Below, piece after piece: positions 19,967 through 29,385 of a stretch of DNA of 64,000 nucleotides. This DNA is from an uncultured Candidatus Saccharibacteria bacterium (lineage in GTDB: Bacteria > Patescibacteriota > Minisyncoccia > Phycocordibacterales > CALRHW01). The notes below the pieces were generated by a model. That model was given only the letters and a program-made list of their open reading frames with translations. It did not search any database and was not told where the DNA came from. The first letter of the stretch is position 1. The number at the start of each line of letters is the position of its first letter. The stretch spans positions 76,003 to 140,002 of the forward strand of contig CAYOUG010000002.1 of the NCBI GenBank assembly GCA_964407105.1, in the 5' to 3' direction. Made by a program: the position numbers and the translations under genes.

Positions 19967-20048
19967 ATATACATCTCAGTTAGTAGCTGAGTTTTTTATT
20001 TAGATAAGCCCAGGTTAAATCTGGATACAGTCTAAATAAACAAATATT

Positions 20049-20528
20049 ATGTTAAATATAACTGCAATTGGTTTGTACATGATACTTTCTTCTGCTATTG
20101 GTGGTTCACCAGTGGTGGCTCAGGTTTCTGAAATACCAAAGGCAGAACCTCAGCTTATTGAAAAGACCAAAGAAGAAATCGAACAACCCCTAACCACTGA
20201 AGCTTATGTTCGAAATTATTTCTCGGATCTTCCAATTATGATTGAAATTTCTCGTTGTGAATCTGCTTTTCGTCAAAACGATGAAAAAGGAAACATTCTT
20301 CGTGGAATTAAAAATAATTTGGATGTTGGTGCTTTTCAGATTAACGAACATTATCATTCAAAAACAGCAAAAAAGATGGGTGTAAATCTACACACTGTCG
20401 AAGGTAATGCGCAATACGCTCGTTATCTTTACGAAAAAGAAGGTGCTCGTCCTTGGTTGTCGTCATCTAAATGTTGGTCACGATCAAATGAATTAGCAAA
20501 AGAAAATCCTTCTAAAATATACGAATAA
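20049..20528 (+). CDS. Secreted lysozyme-like / lytic transglycosylase (SLT) domain protein
   Basis: Signal peptide, then EISRCESAFRQ...DVGAFQIN resembling the SLT catalytic E-S ... GLMQI motif. Confidence 0.45.
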   Translation: MLNITAIGLYMILSSAIGGSPVVAQVSEIPKAEPQLIEKTKEEIEQPLTTEAYVRNYFSDLPIMIEISRCESAFRQNDEKGNILRGIKNNLDVGAFQINEHYHSKTAKKMGVNLHTVEGNAQYARYLYEKEGARPWLSSSKCWSRSNELAKENPSKIYE

Positions 20529-20533
20529 AACAA

Positions 20534-20560
20534 AAAACCCGCACAATATGCGGGTTTTTT
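20534..20560 (+). terminator. Rho-independent terminator
   Basis: AAAAAACCCGCacaatatGCGGGTTTTTTG. Confidence 0.75.
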
Positions 20561-20681
20561 GTTTTTGGGGTTTTTCTGGGTTGTTTATTAGATTATTTAA
20601 TTAAATAAAAAAAGAAAAACTCACAGAACCTTTTTTGGTCGATGTGAGTTTTCATTCGTTTTTTTGGGTTTTTCAGTAGAA

Positions 20682-20810
20682 TCACATCCCTTCATCCTCT
20701 TCTTTGGGAGTATCATTTAGGTGAATGTAAGACAACAAAATTCCAGCAATTCCAAACAGCACGAATGCTACGAGAGCAATTGCTATCACCATTTTTACTA
20801 TAAAGGCCAT
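20682..20810 (-). CDS. Possible 42-aa single-TM micro-protein
   Basis: MAFIVKMVIAIALVAFVLFGIAGILLSYIHLNDTPKEEDEGM; below ORF-table cutoff and unsupported otherwise. Confidence 0.2.
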   Translation of the reverse strand: MAFIVKMVIAIALVAFVLFGIAGILLSYIHLNDTPKEEDEGM

Positions 20811-20883
20811 ATTTCCATGTCCTTTCTTTGGTCAGACTAGATTATAAGTTATTTTCAATATATTTCAAAGTCTGTATGTTTTT

Positions 20884-21324
20884 GTGATATTATCAATTAA
20901 CATTTTTATGTTTGGAAAAATATTTAAAATAGTTAGAAAAAAAAGATTAAGACGACGCCGCCATATCGGAAGAAGGGGATACCTACAACACAAAGAGCAA
21001 GCGAGAACGCTTGTAAAAGAACGACTTGCACACTTTAATACATTTTATAAGTTTGATTTTAAAAAAGTATTTATTAAAAATCAAAAAAGTGTTTGGGGTA
21101 GTTGTTCAACGCGAAAAAATTTGAACTTTAATTATAAAATAATATTTTTATCTCCGCAGGTTGCCGATTATTTAATTGTGCATGAATTGTGTCATTTAAA
21201 AGAAATGAATCATCGTGCGGTCTTTTGGTCGCTTGTTGAAAAGACGGTTCCAAACTACAAGAAACTTCGTAAGGAATTGCGGGCTATCAATAGTGTGAAT
21301 ATCAATAATGTAAAGATAATATAA
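20884..21324 (+). CDS. YgjP/DUF45-family metal-dependent hydrolase (SprT-like HExxH)
   Basis: HELCHLKEMNHRAVFW zinc-binding motif typical of YgjP; true start may be the downstream ATG (MFGKIF). Confidence 0.65.
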   Translation: MILSINIFMFGKIFKIVRKKRLRRRRHIGRRGYLQHKEQARTLVKERLAHFNTFYKFDFKKVFIKNQKSVWGSCSTRKNLNFNYKIIFLSPQVADYLIVHELCHLKEMNHRAVFWSLVEKTVPNYKKLRKELRAINSVNINNVKII

Positions 21325-21422
21325 AGACGATAGACATAAGAGACAAGTCGCACAATTTCCATATCACGATGTAATTATAACGACGCAAATAAAATGTGTA
21401 TAAAAAAGTAAACCCCCATCCG

Positions 21423-21456
21423 GTCTGTGCCGAATGGGGTTTTTTGTAAGAGTTTG
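21423..21456. terminator. Bidirectional intrinsic terminator
   Basis: CCCCCATCCGG..CCGAATGGGG stem followed by TTTTTT; sits between convergent genes. Confidence 0.6.
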
Positions 21457-21473
21457 CCAGGCTCTCTTGCTTG

Positions 21474-21764
21474 CTAGAGAACATCTTCTTCCGTGGGGTT
21501 GTTGGTGCGAGAGCAGAGGTAAATGATCAAAAGGGGCGGTCCCAAAATCACTGCTCTGATGAATCCGGCAAAGCCCCTTACTTCGCGCTGTTCAAATGCC
21601 TCATCCGCAAAGAGCAACCCCACAAGCAACCAGATCGATCCCACGATCAACACGATATTGAAACCAGTAACTGGCCACAAGACCCACAGGTCTGTCGCTA
21701 GCAGAGCAGTTGCAATGAATACAACGCTTGCCCAGATGTTGTTGTTAAGAATATTTGTAGGCAC
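21474..21764 (-). CDS. Hypothetical 3-TM membrane protein, compositionally foreign (GC-rich), GTG start
   Basis: GC-rich ORF; AAGGAG 6 nt upstream of GTG; TTGACA -35-like box upstream; terminator downstream. Confidence 0.35.
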   Translation of the reverse strand: MPTNILNNNIWASVVFIATALLATDLWVLWPVTGFNIVLIVGSIWLLVGLLFADEAFEQREVRGFAGFIRAVILGPPLLIIYLCSRTNNPTEEDVL

Positions 21765-22554
21765 CCAACTCTCCTTGGAAAAAAGAAATACGTTAATAAG
21801 CCCAAGAACGCTATTAGCTTATATTGCTGTAATATAGACCATCTGTCAATGGGGTAGTAAGAGAGCCTTTATATAAGGATACGTCGCACAATATATCTTT
21901 TACGACACGTAAGTACGGGGCGGTTGGCAGCTTTAATTCAAACCACTTCCCCGGCGGTTAATTTTTGTTTTTTATAGATAGCTATAAATATGTAAATATA
22001 TTGTTTTTATTTATTATCTATCCCCGCGCCGTGGTTTACAGTTAAAAATTATTTTTTTATTTAACTATTATTAATAAAATTTTAATAAAACCCCCAAATT
22101 GATCATTTGTTTGGTTTTTATTGCAAAAAGCTGATTTTGTGTTTTTTCTATCAAAACCCATAAAAACGACCTCTTAAAATGCCCAAGGAGATGCTTAAAT
22201 ATTTTTAGATGATATCTCTATCATATATTTTTGTACCACTTTCTTTTTATTATTGTTTCTATATCTTTTTTATAATTAAAAACAGAAAAATCTAAAAACC
22301 ATAAGTATTTCTATAAAAATTAAATTTTCTGTAGCGCCACATCTTTTTGTTTTTTTGATTTACTAATTTTTTATAACGAAGATATTTAATGATATTTAGT
22401 GGTTGAATCAATATTAAAATTATTTTAATAAAAAATATAGATACAAAAAATAGACATAATACTTAACGTGCTAAGTATTATAATGATTAAAAATTCTACC
22501 ATCCACACACTTAATGCGGGGGCTTCTTAAAAAATAGGTTATACCCACTGTTTT

Positions 22555-23565
22555 TTATTGAGAATGAGAATAAATTTCTTTTGCTTGTTCCCAGAACTCT
22601 CCGTGCCCCCTGTCTTTCATCCAATACCACCACTCTATCCCCCACAAATATTGAGTATCAAATCCGGTTTGTTTTGCAAATTCAATAATTTCATTAAATT
22701 TTGATATATCCATACGACTGATTTGTATATCAAGTGGTGTTTCTGCTATTGGTTTTAAAAGCCACGGCTCTAAGGAAAGCTCACTAATTATTGCTGGTTT
22801 GTTGGATGTTAAAAGTTTAATAATATTATGTTTGATTCTAAAGAAAGCTGGTGTGATGGGATATCTCATTGCGCCAAAAGTATTGTTCCAAACATAAAGA
22901 TAAATACTTGTACCAAAAATATCAGATCTTTTATAAGCTTGATACCACAGACTCAACTCTCCACTATCAGTAAGTAAAATTGGTGTATCAAGATCAAGTG
23001 TGTGCACGAGTTTGATTTCCTTGTCAAAAAAATCTGTGTCAAAAAAATCTTTGCAATGATAGCGAGCGTAAAATCCTAAAAAGGCTTCATTTTCTACTTG
23101 CCAATACAATAAGTTTGGATAATCCCTATATCTTTTGACGACAGTTTCTATATATTCAAGTAGTGCTTGTTGTTTTTTTTCTACATCCAAATCATATACC
23201 CACTCTGGTTCGTGACATTCTGGCCAACCAGGTAAACGCCTACCAACAGTAAGAATTACTGATGCATTTCGTTTGAGAGCTTCGTCCATTTGAAAATCAA
23301 GTGCAGAAAAATCATATTCGTTATTTTTTGGTTCAATACCAGACCAATGCGCTGACAATCTAAATTTTTTGATTTTTAGTTCGTCTAGCGCTGATAAATA
23401 CACCTTTTTCCAATCTAGAGACAGCTCATCAGAATGAAGTTTGCTAAAAGAGACACCGTATGTAAACGCGCTGGGTGTTTTTTCAAGGGAAAGTATGAAA
23501 AGTATTGAAAAAATAATAATACATATCAACAAAAGTATAATTAGAATTTTTTTAAAACGATGCAT
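22555..23565 (-). CDS. Signal-anchored TIM-barrel glycoside hydrolase (GH5/GH42-like)
   Basis: N-terminal TM; WQVENEAF candidate catalytic NEP-type acid/base motif; aromatic-rich barrel. Confidence 0.45.
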   Translation of the reverse strand: MHRFKKILIILLLICIIIFSILFILSLEKTPSAFTYGVSFSKLHSDELSLDWKKVYLSALDELKIKKFRLSAHWSGIEPKNNEYDFSALDFQMDEALKRNASVILTVGRRLPGWPECHEPEWVYDLDVEKKQQALLEYIETVVKRYRDYPNLLYWQVENEAFLGFYARYHCKDFFDTDFFDKEIKLVHTLDLDTPILLTDSGELSLWYQAYKRSDIFGTSIYLYVWNNTFGAMRYPITPAFFRIKHNIIKLLTSNKPAIISELSLEPWLLKPIAETPLDIQISRMDISKFNEIIEFAKQTGFDTQYLWGIEWWYWMKDRGHGEFWEQAKEIYSHSQ

Positions 23566-23590
23566 GATTTTTGTGGGATGTTATTTTGTT

Positions 23591-24493
23591 TTATGTGAAC
23601 AACACAATAAAACCAATAATAATAAGTGATGTGGCAGCAAGTTTGTGTAATATTTCACGTTTATGTCTTTTTTCAGATAAATATTCTCGCATTCTTTTTG
23701 GGAAAACAAGTGCAAAAATAAACAAAAACACATATTGTAAACTAGAAAGTGCATTTACGATTGATACATGATCTCCGAGTTTTGTGGCTATTAACACAAA
23801 CAAGAATGCTAAGCCAGCGAGAATTTTGCTATTAAGAATTAAAAATTTTCCCTTTGATGGGCCATGTTTTACATTGTGTACAATAGCATCCCAGTTGCCG
23901 GGCCACAAAAGTAATCCGAGTGCTCCTACCACATTTGCGATACGTGACCAAAAGAAACCGTTTGCAAATGAATCATCGTATAAAAATATAGCTTTAATAA
24001 GTACTATTGAAAGTCCAAAACCAACTCCAGAAAATAATAAATAAGCAAAAGATTTAAAAGAAAATTCGAAATGTGAAATTAAAATCATACCCATAACAAG
24101 AAACGCAAAACCGATAAAAAAATCTTTTGGCAACGCATCACCAAGTATAATAAAGCTAAATGTAAAAGTAGAAATCGCTGATACCGCTCCCACAACAGGA
24201 GTTACTTCTGATGGAGCTGAATCAGTTAGCGCTTCATATAGGCAAAGTATGGCGATAAGATAACTAAGTGCAGAAGAAAGTGAAAGCCAGATGATAGTAA
24301 ATGATGGTATTTTGATTGATCCAAACGGTAACATCACAAGTACCACTCCAGAAAGCAAACTAATATAAAAACTATATACTACAGGTTTTGTTCTCGAAGA
24401 AGATTTGTTGGTGACAATGTATTTATCAAAAAGTACAACAACAGCGCTCAATAATTGAGCAATTATGACAAATACCAACCATAGGTGTTCCAT
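23591..24493 (-). CDS. Polytopic membrane protein (DMT/EamA-like transporter candidate)
   Basis: About 10 predicted TM helices in 300 aa; lies between two glycosidase genes. Confidence 0.35.
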   Translation of the reverse strand: MEHLWLVFVIIAQLLSAVVVLFDKYIVTNKSSSRTKPVVYSFYISLLSGVVLVMLPFGSIKIPSFTIIWLSLSSALSYLIAILCLYEALTDSAPSEVTPVVGAVSAISTFTFSFIILGDALPKDFFIGFAFLVMGMILISHFEFSFKSFAYLLFSGVGFGLSIVLIKAIFLYDDSFANGFFWSRIANVVGALGLLLWPGNWDAIVHNVKHGPSKGKFLILNSKILAGLAFLFVLIATKLGDHVSIVNALSSLQYVFLFIFALVFPKRMREYLSEKRHKREILHKLAATSLIIIGFIVLFT

Positions 24494-24506
24494 ACCTGTA
24501 ATTAAA

Positions 24507-25655
24507 TCATATTTTTAATGCGTTGGCATCGCATATCTTTTTATATTCTAATGCAGATGGACGTACTGTGCGTGTTTGTGTTGCATAATTTATTTCTACC
24601 AAACCAAATCGTTTTTCAAAACCAAACGCCCACTCATAATTGTCGAGCAAAGACCAATAAAGATATCCACGGATGTCTACCCCACTTTCTAGTGCACGAT
24701 GCACAGCGTTAATGTGATCTTTTATAAAATCAGCTCGTTTATTATCAGAAACATCAGCGATGCCGTTTTCTACTACAATAACCGGTTTGTTATAGCGTTT
24801 AAGTTCAAGAAGAGTTTTATATAATCCATCGGGATATATATCCCAGCCCATGTCTGTTTTTTCATAAAATGCTTTATCGCCGAATTTTTTATGAAAATAA
24901 TAATTGAGGCCAATAAAATCCTGGTGGTCTTTTATGCCGTTTAAAAAACGACGATTCCAAAACCAATTCATAAACATAGCAGCTATTTGGTTGAAAGGAT
25001 TCCAGTTTGCATGAAAAAAGATATTGTTTTTTGCAACACCAATTTGCGCTTGGGGTTGAATTTTTTTCATTACCCCATAGGCTAAATTGTGTGCGTTTAT
25101 TAGATTACGAATTACACGTAAAAATAAAAAAATATTTTTTTTAAATGGTGGCCAGTTTCCTCTCATATATCCATTTGAAGAAAAAACAATGGGTTCGTTT
25201 AAAGTAAGCCACAATCCAGATTTATTTCCAAGCTTGTCCATTACATAACCACAATACCGCGCAAATATTTCAGGTGATTCTTTGTTTTCAAAACCACCCT
25301 TTTGCGACAACCACACCGGTAATGTGAAATGCCACATATTTACAATTGGACGAATATTTCTGCGATGTAATGCATCTAAAACTCTTTTATAGTGTTCAAT
25401 TTCTTTTTCATTAAATTCTCCCTCTTTTGGTTCTATACGTGCCCATTCAATAGAAATTTTATGAGTGTTTTGTCCGAGAAGTTGAATAATATCAAAATCT
25501 TTTTCATATAAATTATAATGATCACAAGCTTGTCCACACGCAGGTACTTTTCTTTCTCGCGCGCTTTGTGCCCAATCTGTATTTTCTATTCCACCCTCTA
25601 CTTGATATGACGCTGTAGCTGCACCCCAGAAAAATCCCTTAGGAAATGTTTTCAT
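24507..25655 (-). CDS. Glycoside hydrolase family 1 (beta-glucosidase/beta-galactosidase-like), short form
   Basis: FPKGFFWGAATASYQVEGG N-terminal GH1 signature, TLNEP acid/base, VVENG nucleophile. Confidence 0.85.
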   Translation of the reverse strand: MKTFPKGFFWGAATASYQVEGGIENTDWAQSARERKVPACGQACDHYNLYEKDFDIIQLLGQNTHKISIEWARIEPKEGEFNEKEIEHYKRVLDALHRRNIRPIVNMWHFTLPVWLSQKGGFENKESPEIFARYCGYVMDKLGNKSGLWLTLNEPIVFSSNGYMRGNWPPFKKNIFLFLRVIRNLINAHNLAYGVMKKIQPQAQIGVAKNNIFFHANWNPFNQIAAMFMNWFWNRRFLNGIKDHQDFIGLNYYFHKKFGDKAFYEKTDMGWDIYPDGLYKTLLELKRYNKPVIVVENGIADVSDNKRADFIKDHINAVHRALESGVDIRGYLYWSLLDNYEWAFGFEKRFGLVEINYATQTRTVRPSALEYKKICDANALKI

Positions 25656-26557
25656 TAGTTTTCAAGACAGATATTAAAAAGTTTCACTTGATTATTATAC
25701 TGTGAAATTATTGCTTTTGTCTCGGTTATTTTTGTATTTACTTTTTTTACCAAATCATTATATTCAGCTACTTTTGTATTGTATTCTGATGGATTTTTAT
25801 CAGCGATATTTAGTTCGGCGTACAAAGTATCGGTTTTTGTTTTCAAAGCCTCAACATCTTTTTGGTGTAATTCAATGCTGGTTTTTAAACTCGTGCTCGG
25901 CTCTGTACAATCCGAAAGCGGTCGTCCAAAAATTTGCACAGCGATCCATATTTCATCTCCGTCATATAAACTTTTTTTAGCAGCGATACCAATTTCTCTG
26001 TATTTTTTACTTAAAATATTTTCTCTGTGGCCTGGGCTATTCATCCACGCTTGTACAAGTGCTGCATCGTCAGCAAAATTACCCAAAGCGATATTTTCTC
26101 CTATAGCAATATATTCATAACCAACATCAAGTGCATCATCTGAAGCACTTTCACCTGTAGGAGATACGTGTTCAAAATATTGTTTTTTAAACATATCGTT
26201 TACTCGCAAAAGAGCAATTTCATCTAGTTTTGCATTTCTTAAAAGTGGTGGATTTTCTGAGTTTTCTTCGCGGGCGGTGTTTGTGTTAAGCCAAATACCA
26301 TCTTCGGTAAGTATTGCATTTGAAGCTTTTTTATCCCCCCAAAGTGGGCCAGGACTTGAAATTTCTTTTGTAATTTGCAAGATTTTTTCACGAACAACAG
26401 ACTCGGCGTTTTTTAACGTTGTTTCAAGTGAACCTGAAAATAAGCCAAAATTAATATAAAAATATCCCAGTGCAAAAAAAACAATAATTCCACCAATCAC
26501 ATACCATGTTTTTTTAGATATTTGCTTCACAAACATCATTTTATCACAAAAAAACAA
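25655..26557 (-). CDS. CAP/SCP/PR-1-like (YkwD-type) secreted protein with membrane anchor and coiled-coil tail
   Basis: AWMNSPGHRENILSKKYREIGIA CAP motif. Confidence 0.65.
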   Translation of the reverse strand: MFFCDKMMFVKQISKKTWYVIGGIIVFFALGYFYINFGLFSGSLETTLKNAESVVREKILQITKEISSPGPLWGDKKASNAILTEDGIWLNTNTAREENSENPPLLRNAKLDEIALLRVNDMFKKQYFEHVSPTGESASDDALDVGYEYIAIGENIALGNFADDAALVQAWMNSPGHRENILSKKYREIGIAAKKSLYDGDEIWIAVQIFGRPLSDCTEPSTSLKTSIELHQKDVEALKTKTDTLYAELNIADKNPSEYNTKVAEYNDLVKKVNTKITETKAIISQYNNQVKLFNICLEN

Positions 26558-26981
26558 AAAACATTTTTGTTTTTTGGCTAATTTACTAGTCCAGTAATCC
26601 TTCCCACCAGCTAAAAGTGAAATGAAGTACGATATATAGTGGACCGTAAATCGGCAAAAGTAAGAAAAATAAAATAATTTTAAACGCCTTCATGGCGGTA
26701 TACTATATCTTATTTATAAGATTATGAAAAGAGTCCCGAGATGCTCTTCCATAATGTTGTCACAATTTCTTTTATATATGCTAGAGCCTTCTGAAAACGT
26801 GCAGATTGAAGCCACGCAAGAACATCTACTTTGAAAACAAATTTGAGAAGCACAAGTGCAATAATAATAACTGCGATCTCCATAATAATCCCTCTTTTGT
26901 AATTTTGTTTTTGTATTGTCATGATGTGTATTGTATATAGTATAATACATATACTTTTTCGCGCATCTTATTCATCAACAC

Positions 26982-28091
26982 ATGAAAGAAGATATAAAAA
27001 ACAAAAAAATAACAGAAGTTGAAATACGAGAAGTTTTCGATTCTACTTCATTTGATTCTTTTTTACCCTTTCCCTCTACTCCTTTTACGCAAGCCTTTTT
27101 TTATGGAGAATGGCAAAAACAAAGCGGAAGAAATGTTTGGAGATTTTTTGTAATAGATGGTGGCGTGTGTATTGGCATTTTTCAGATTATTTCTTTTGGA
27201 CTACCGTTTGGAAAATGTTGTATGTATATTCCATATGGACCAGTGTTTACAAAAACACCATCAGAAAATGTTCTTTTAGAACTTAAATATTTTTTAAAAA
27301 AGTTCGGAAAAAAACACGGAGCGATTTTTGTGAGAACGGATTTTTCTTTTGCGTCGATGTTTGAAAAAAGTGAAGGCGACGTCCCACTCAATAATCAACA
27401 AAATATTTTTAAAGAGAAGACAAATATGTTGGGTGACATTTTTGTTACACCATCTCACGCAACATATCATGCATCTTTTTTACAGCCACGCCTTGAGTGG
27501 TATATAGATCTTGCTCAGGATGAAGAAAAAATTTTGCAAGCAATGCACAAAAATACTCGCTACAGTATTCGTGTAGCAGAAAAAAATATTGTAAATGTAG
27601 AAATTGTTACAAAAAACTTAAACGCATATTTTGATGTTTTTTATGAAGTTTTATCTGAAACGGCAAAACGTGATCATTTTCATCTTCATTCGAAAAAATA
27701 TTACCAAGCCATTTTTGATCAGTGTGGAAAAGGTGATAATGCTGTGCTCGTGCTCGGTTCATTTCAAGGAAAAATACTTGCTGTAAATTTAATTATTTTG
27801 TATGGAGATACGGCGATGTTTATTTTTGGTGGTACGCGAGATGTAAATCGTGAAGTAATGCCAGCGTATGCGGTGCAGTGGAAAACAATAAAATTTTTAC
27901 GTGAACAAAATTATAAATGGTATAACCTCGGTGGCGTTAGTGATGATGCTGATAAAAATGTTTCGTGGAAAGGACTAACTGCGTTTAAAAAACGTTTTGG
28001 TGGCATACTCGTACGACACTCTGATTTTTATGATGTGGTGGTAAATCCCGTTTGGTATTTTCTATATAGTTTATATAAAAGAGTAAAATAA
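26982..28091 (+). CDS. FemAB-family peptidoglycan aminoacyl-transferase (FemX-like)
   Basis: About 370 aa, tandem GNAT-like halves, C-terminal WYNLGGVS...GLTAFKKRFGG. Confidence 0.7.
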   Translation: MKEDIKNKKITEVEIREVFDSTSFDSFLPFPSTPFTQAFFYGEWQKQSGRNVWRFFVIDGGVCIGIFQIISFGLPFGKCCMYIPYGPVFTKTPSENVLLELKYFLKKFGKKHGAIFVRTDFSFASMFEKSEGDVPLNNQQNIFKEKTNMLGDIFVTPSHATYHASFLQPRLEWYIDLAQDEEKILQAMHKNTRYSIRVAEKNIVNVEIVTKNLNAYFDVFYEVLSETAKRDHFHLHSKKYYQAIFDQCGKGDNAVLVLGSFQGKILAVNLIILYGDTAMFIFGGTRDVNREVMPAYAVQWKTIKFLREQNYKWYNLGGVSDDADKNVSWKGLTAFKKRFGGILVRHSDFYDVVVNPVWYFLYSLYKRVK

Positions 28092-28096
28092 AAAAA

Positions 28097-29383
28097 TTAA
28101 AAATACGGGAAAGGATCTAAGTAAGCATTTTGGCTAGCAATAGGAATTCTCATGTTTTTGCAGTTTACGCTGTTTACCAAAGGTTGAACACTTACACCCT
28201 GACTAGCAAATAGACTAAGGTGCAAATGTGGACCAGTAGAATAGCCTGTAGAGCCGCTATAAGCGACAATATCCCCCGTTTTGACCTTATCCCCAGCTTT
28301 GGCCGTTACAAGGCTTAAATGGCCATATACGCTCGCTAAACCGTTGTAATGGCGGATAAATACCCATTTACCATATGAGTAGCAACCACTCTTTAAATCG
28401 GTGTTTCCAGTCTCTTCTACTACCCCAGAAAGCACCGCTCTCACAGGGGTGCCTTTTGTTACGCCAAAATCAATCCCATTGTGCCCCTTTCCGTTGTATG
28501 CGCCTGTTTTTGAAAAGCTGGTATCACCAAAATATTGCGTTATTATTACCTTATCAACCGGCCAAGAAAGCAATCCTTTTAAAGCTTTTGGAATACTGTT
28601 TGGATCTATTGCAATTTTAATTTGTGATTCAATATCAAAAATTTCTTTTTGAAAAGCATCATAAAGTGCTTTTTTTTCTGCTATCATTTTTTTGTAAGTT
28701 GCTTCTTCGTTTTTTGTAGTGATGAGAAGCATTGCTTTGTCTTGCTTGTTGATATCAACAATTTTCTTTTTATCAACAAGTTGATTTTTTAAATCCTCAA
28801 GATCTGCCTTAAGTGATTTACTTTTTTCTTGTTTTGTTTCAAGTTCTGTTTTGTAATCATGCAAAGTATTTGCTTGTTCTTGAATGCTTGTTTGAAATTT
28901 TTGCATCATTTCTATGTTGTCCCAAAGTGCAGATAAACTGGTTTTAGAAAGAATAATTTCAATAAGCGAATTATTTTCTGCTGAGTTTATTTCTCGAAGT
29001 GTCTGTGCAACCGTACGCATATTTCGATCAATTTTTTGTTCTTTTGCGTCTATTTCGAGTCCGATTTCTTGAATATTTAAATCAGTTTTACTAATTTTGT
29101 TTTCGGTTACTTTTACTTCGGTGCTAAGTTTTTTTGCGGAAGTATCTAATATTTGAATTGTGTTTTGAAGTGTTTTACTTTGATTGTTTACAACCTGAAC
29201 TTTTTTATCAAGAATTTCTATTTCTTTATTTAGTGCGTCAATCTGACTTGCTTTTTCAGCAATATTTTTTTGGAGTTCTTCTATTGTTGCAGCGTGTGCT
29301 TGTGGTGTAAAAAAAGATACGCTTTGTAAAACGAGCGTGATTACACAAAAAGAAGTAAAAATATATGTAACACTTTTTCTCAT
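28097..29383 (-). CDS. M23 family peptidoglycan metalloendopeptidase with N-terminal coiled-coil (EnvC/LytM-like)
   Basis: HNGIDF and HLHLS zinc-ligand motifs of the LytM domain; long coiled-coil N-terminus; signal anchor. Confidence 0.8.
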   Translation of the reverse strand: MRKSVTYIFTSFCVITLVLQSVSFFTPQAHAATIEELQKNIAEKASQIDALNKEIEILDKKVQVVNNQSKTLQNTIQILDTSAKKLSTEVKVTENKISKTDLNIQEIGLEIDAKEQKIDRNMRTVAQTLREINSAENNSLIEIILSKTSLSALWDNIEMMQKFQTSIQEQANTLHDYKTELETKQEKSKSLKADLEDLKNQLVDKKKIVDINKQDKAMLLITTKNEEATYKKMIAEKKALYDAFQKEIFDIESQIKIAIDPNSIPKALKGLLSWPVDKVIITQYFGDTSFSKTGAYNGKGHNGIDFGVTKGTPVRAVLSGVVEETGNTDLKSGCYSYGKWVFIRHYNGLASVYGHLSLVTAKAGDKVKTGDIVAYSGSTGYSTGPHLHLSLFASQGVSVQPLVNSVNCKNMRIPIASQNAYLDPFPYF

Positions 29384-29385
29384 TA

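Noticed and set aside
21790-22555. AT-rich tract as oriC
   Set aside because: Only one imperfect DnaA-box-like 9-mer (near 22505). dnaA and dnaN are absent from the window, and no clear iterons were seen by eye. dnaB lies 13 kb away, which is not diagnostic.
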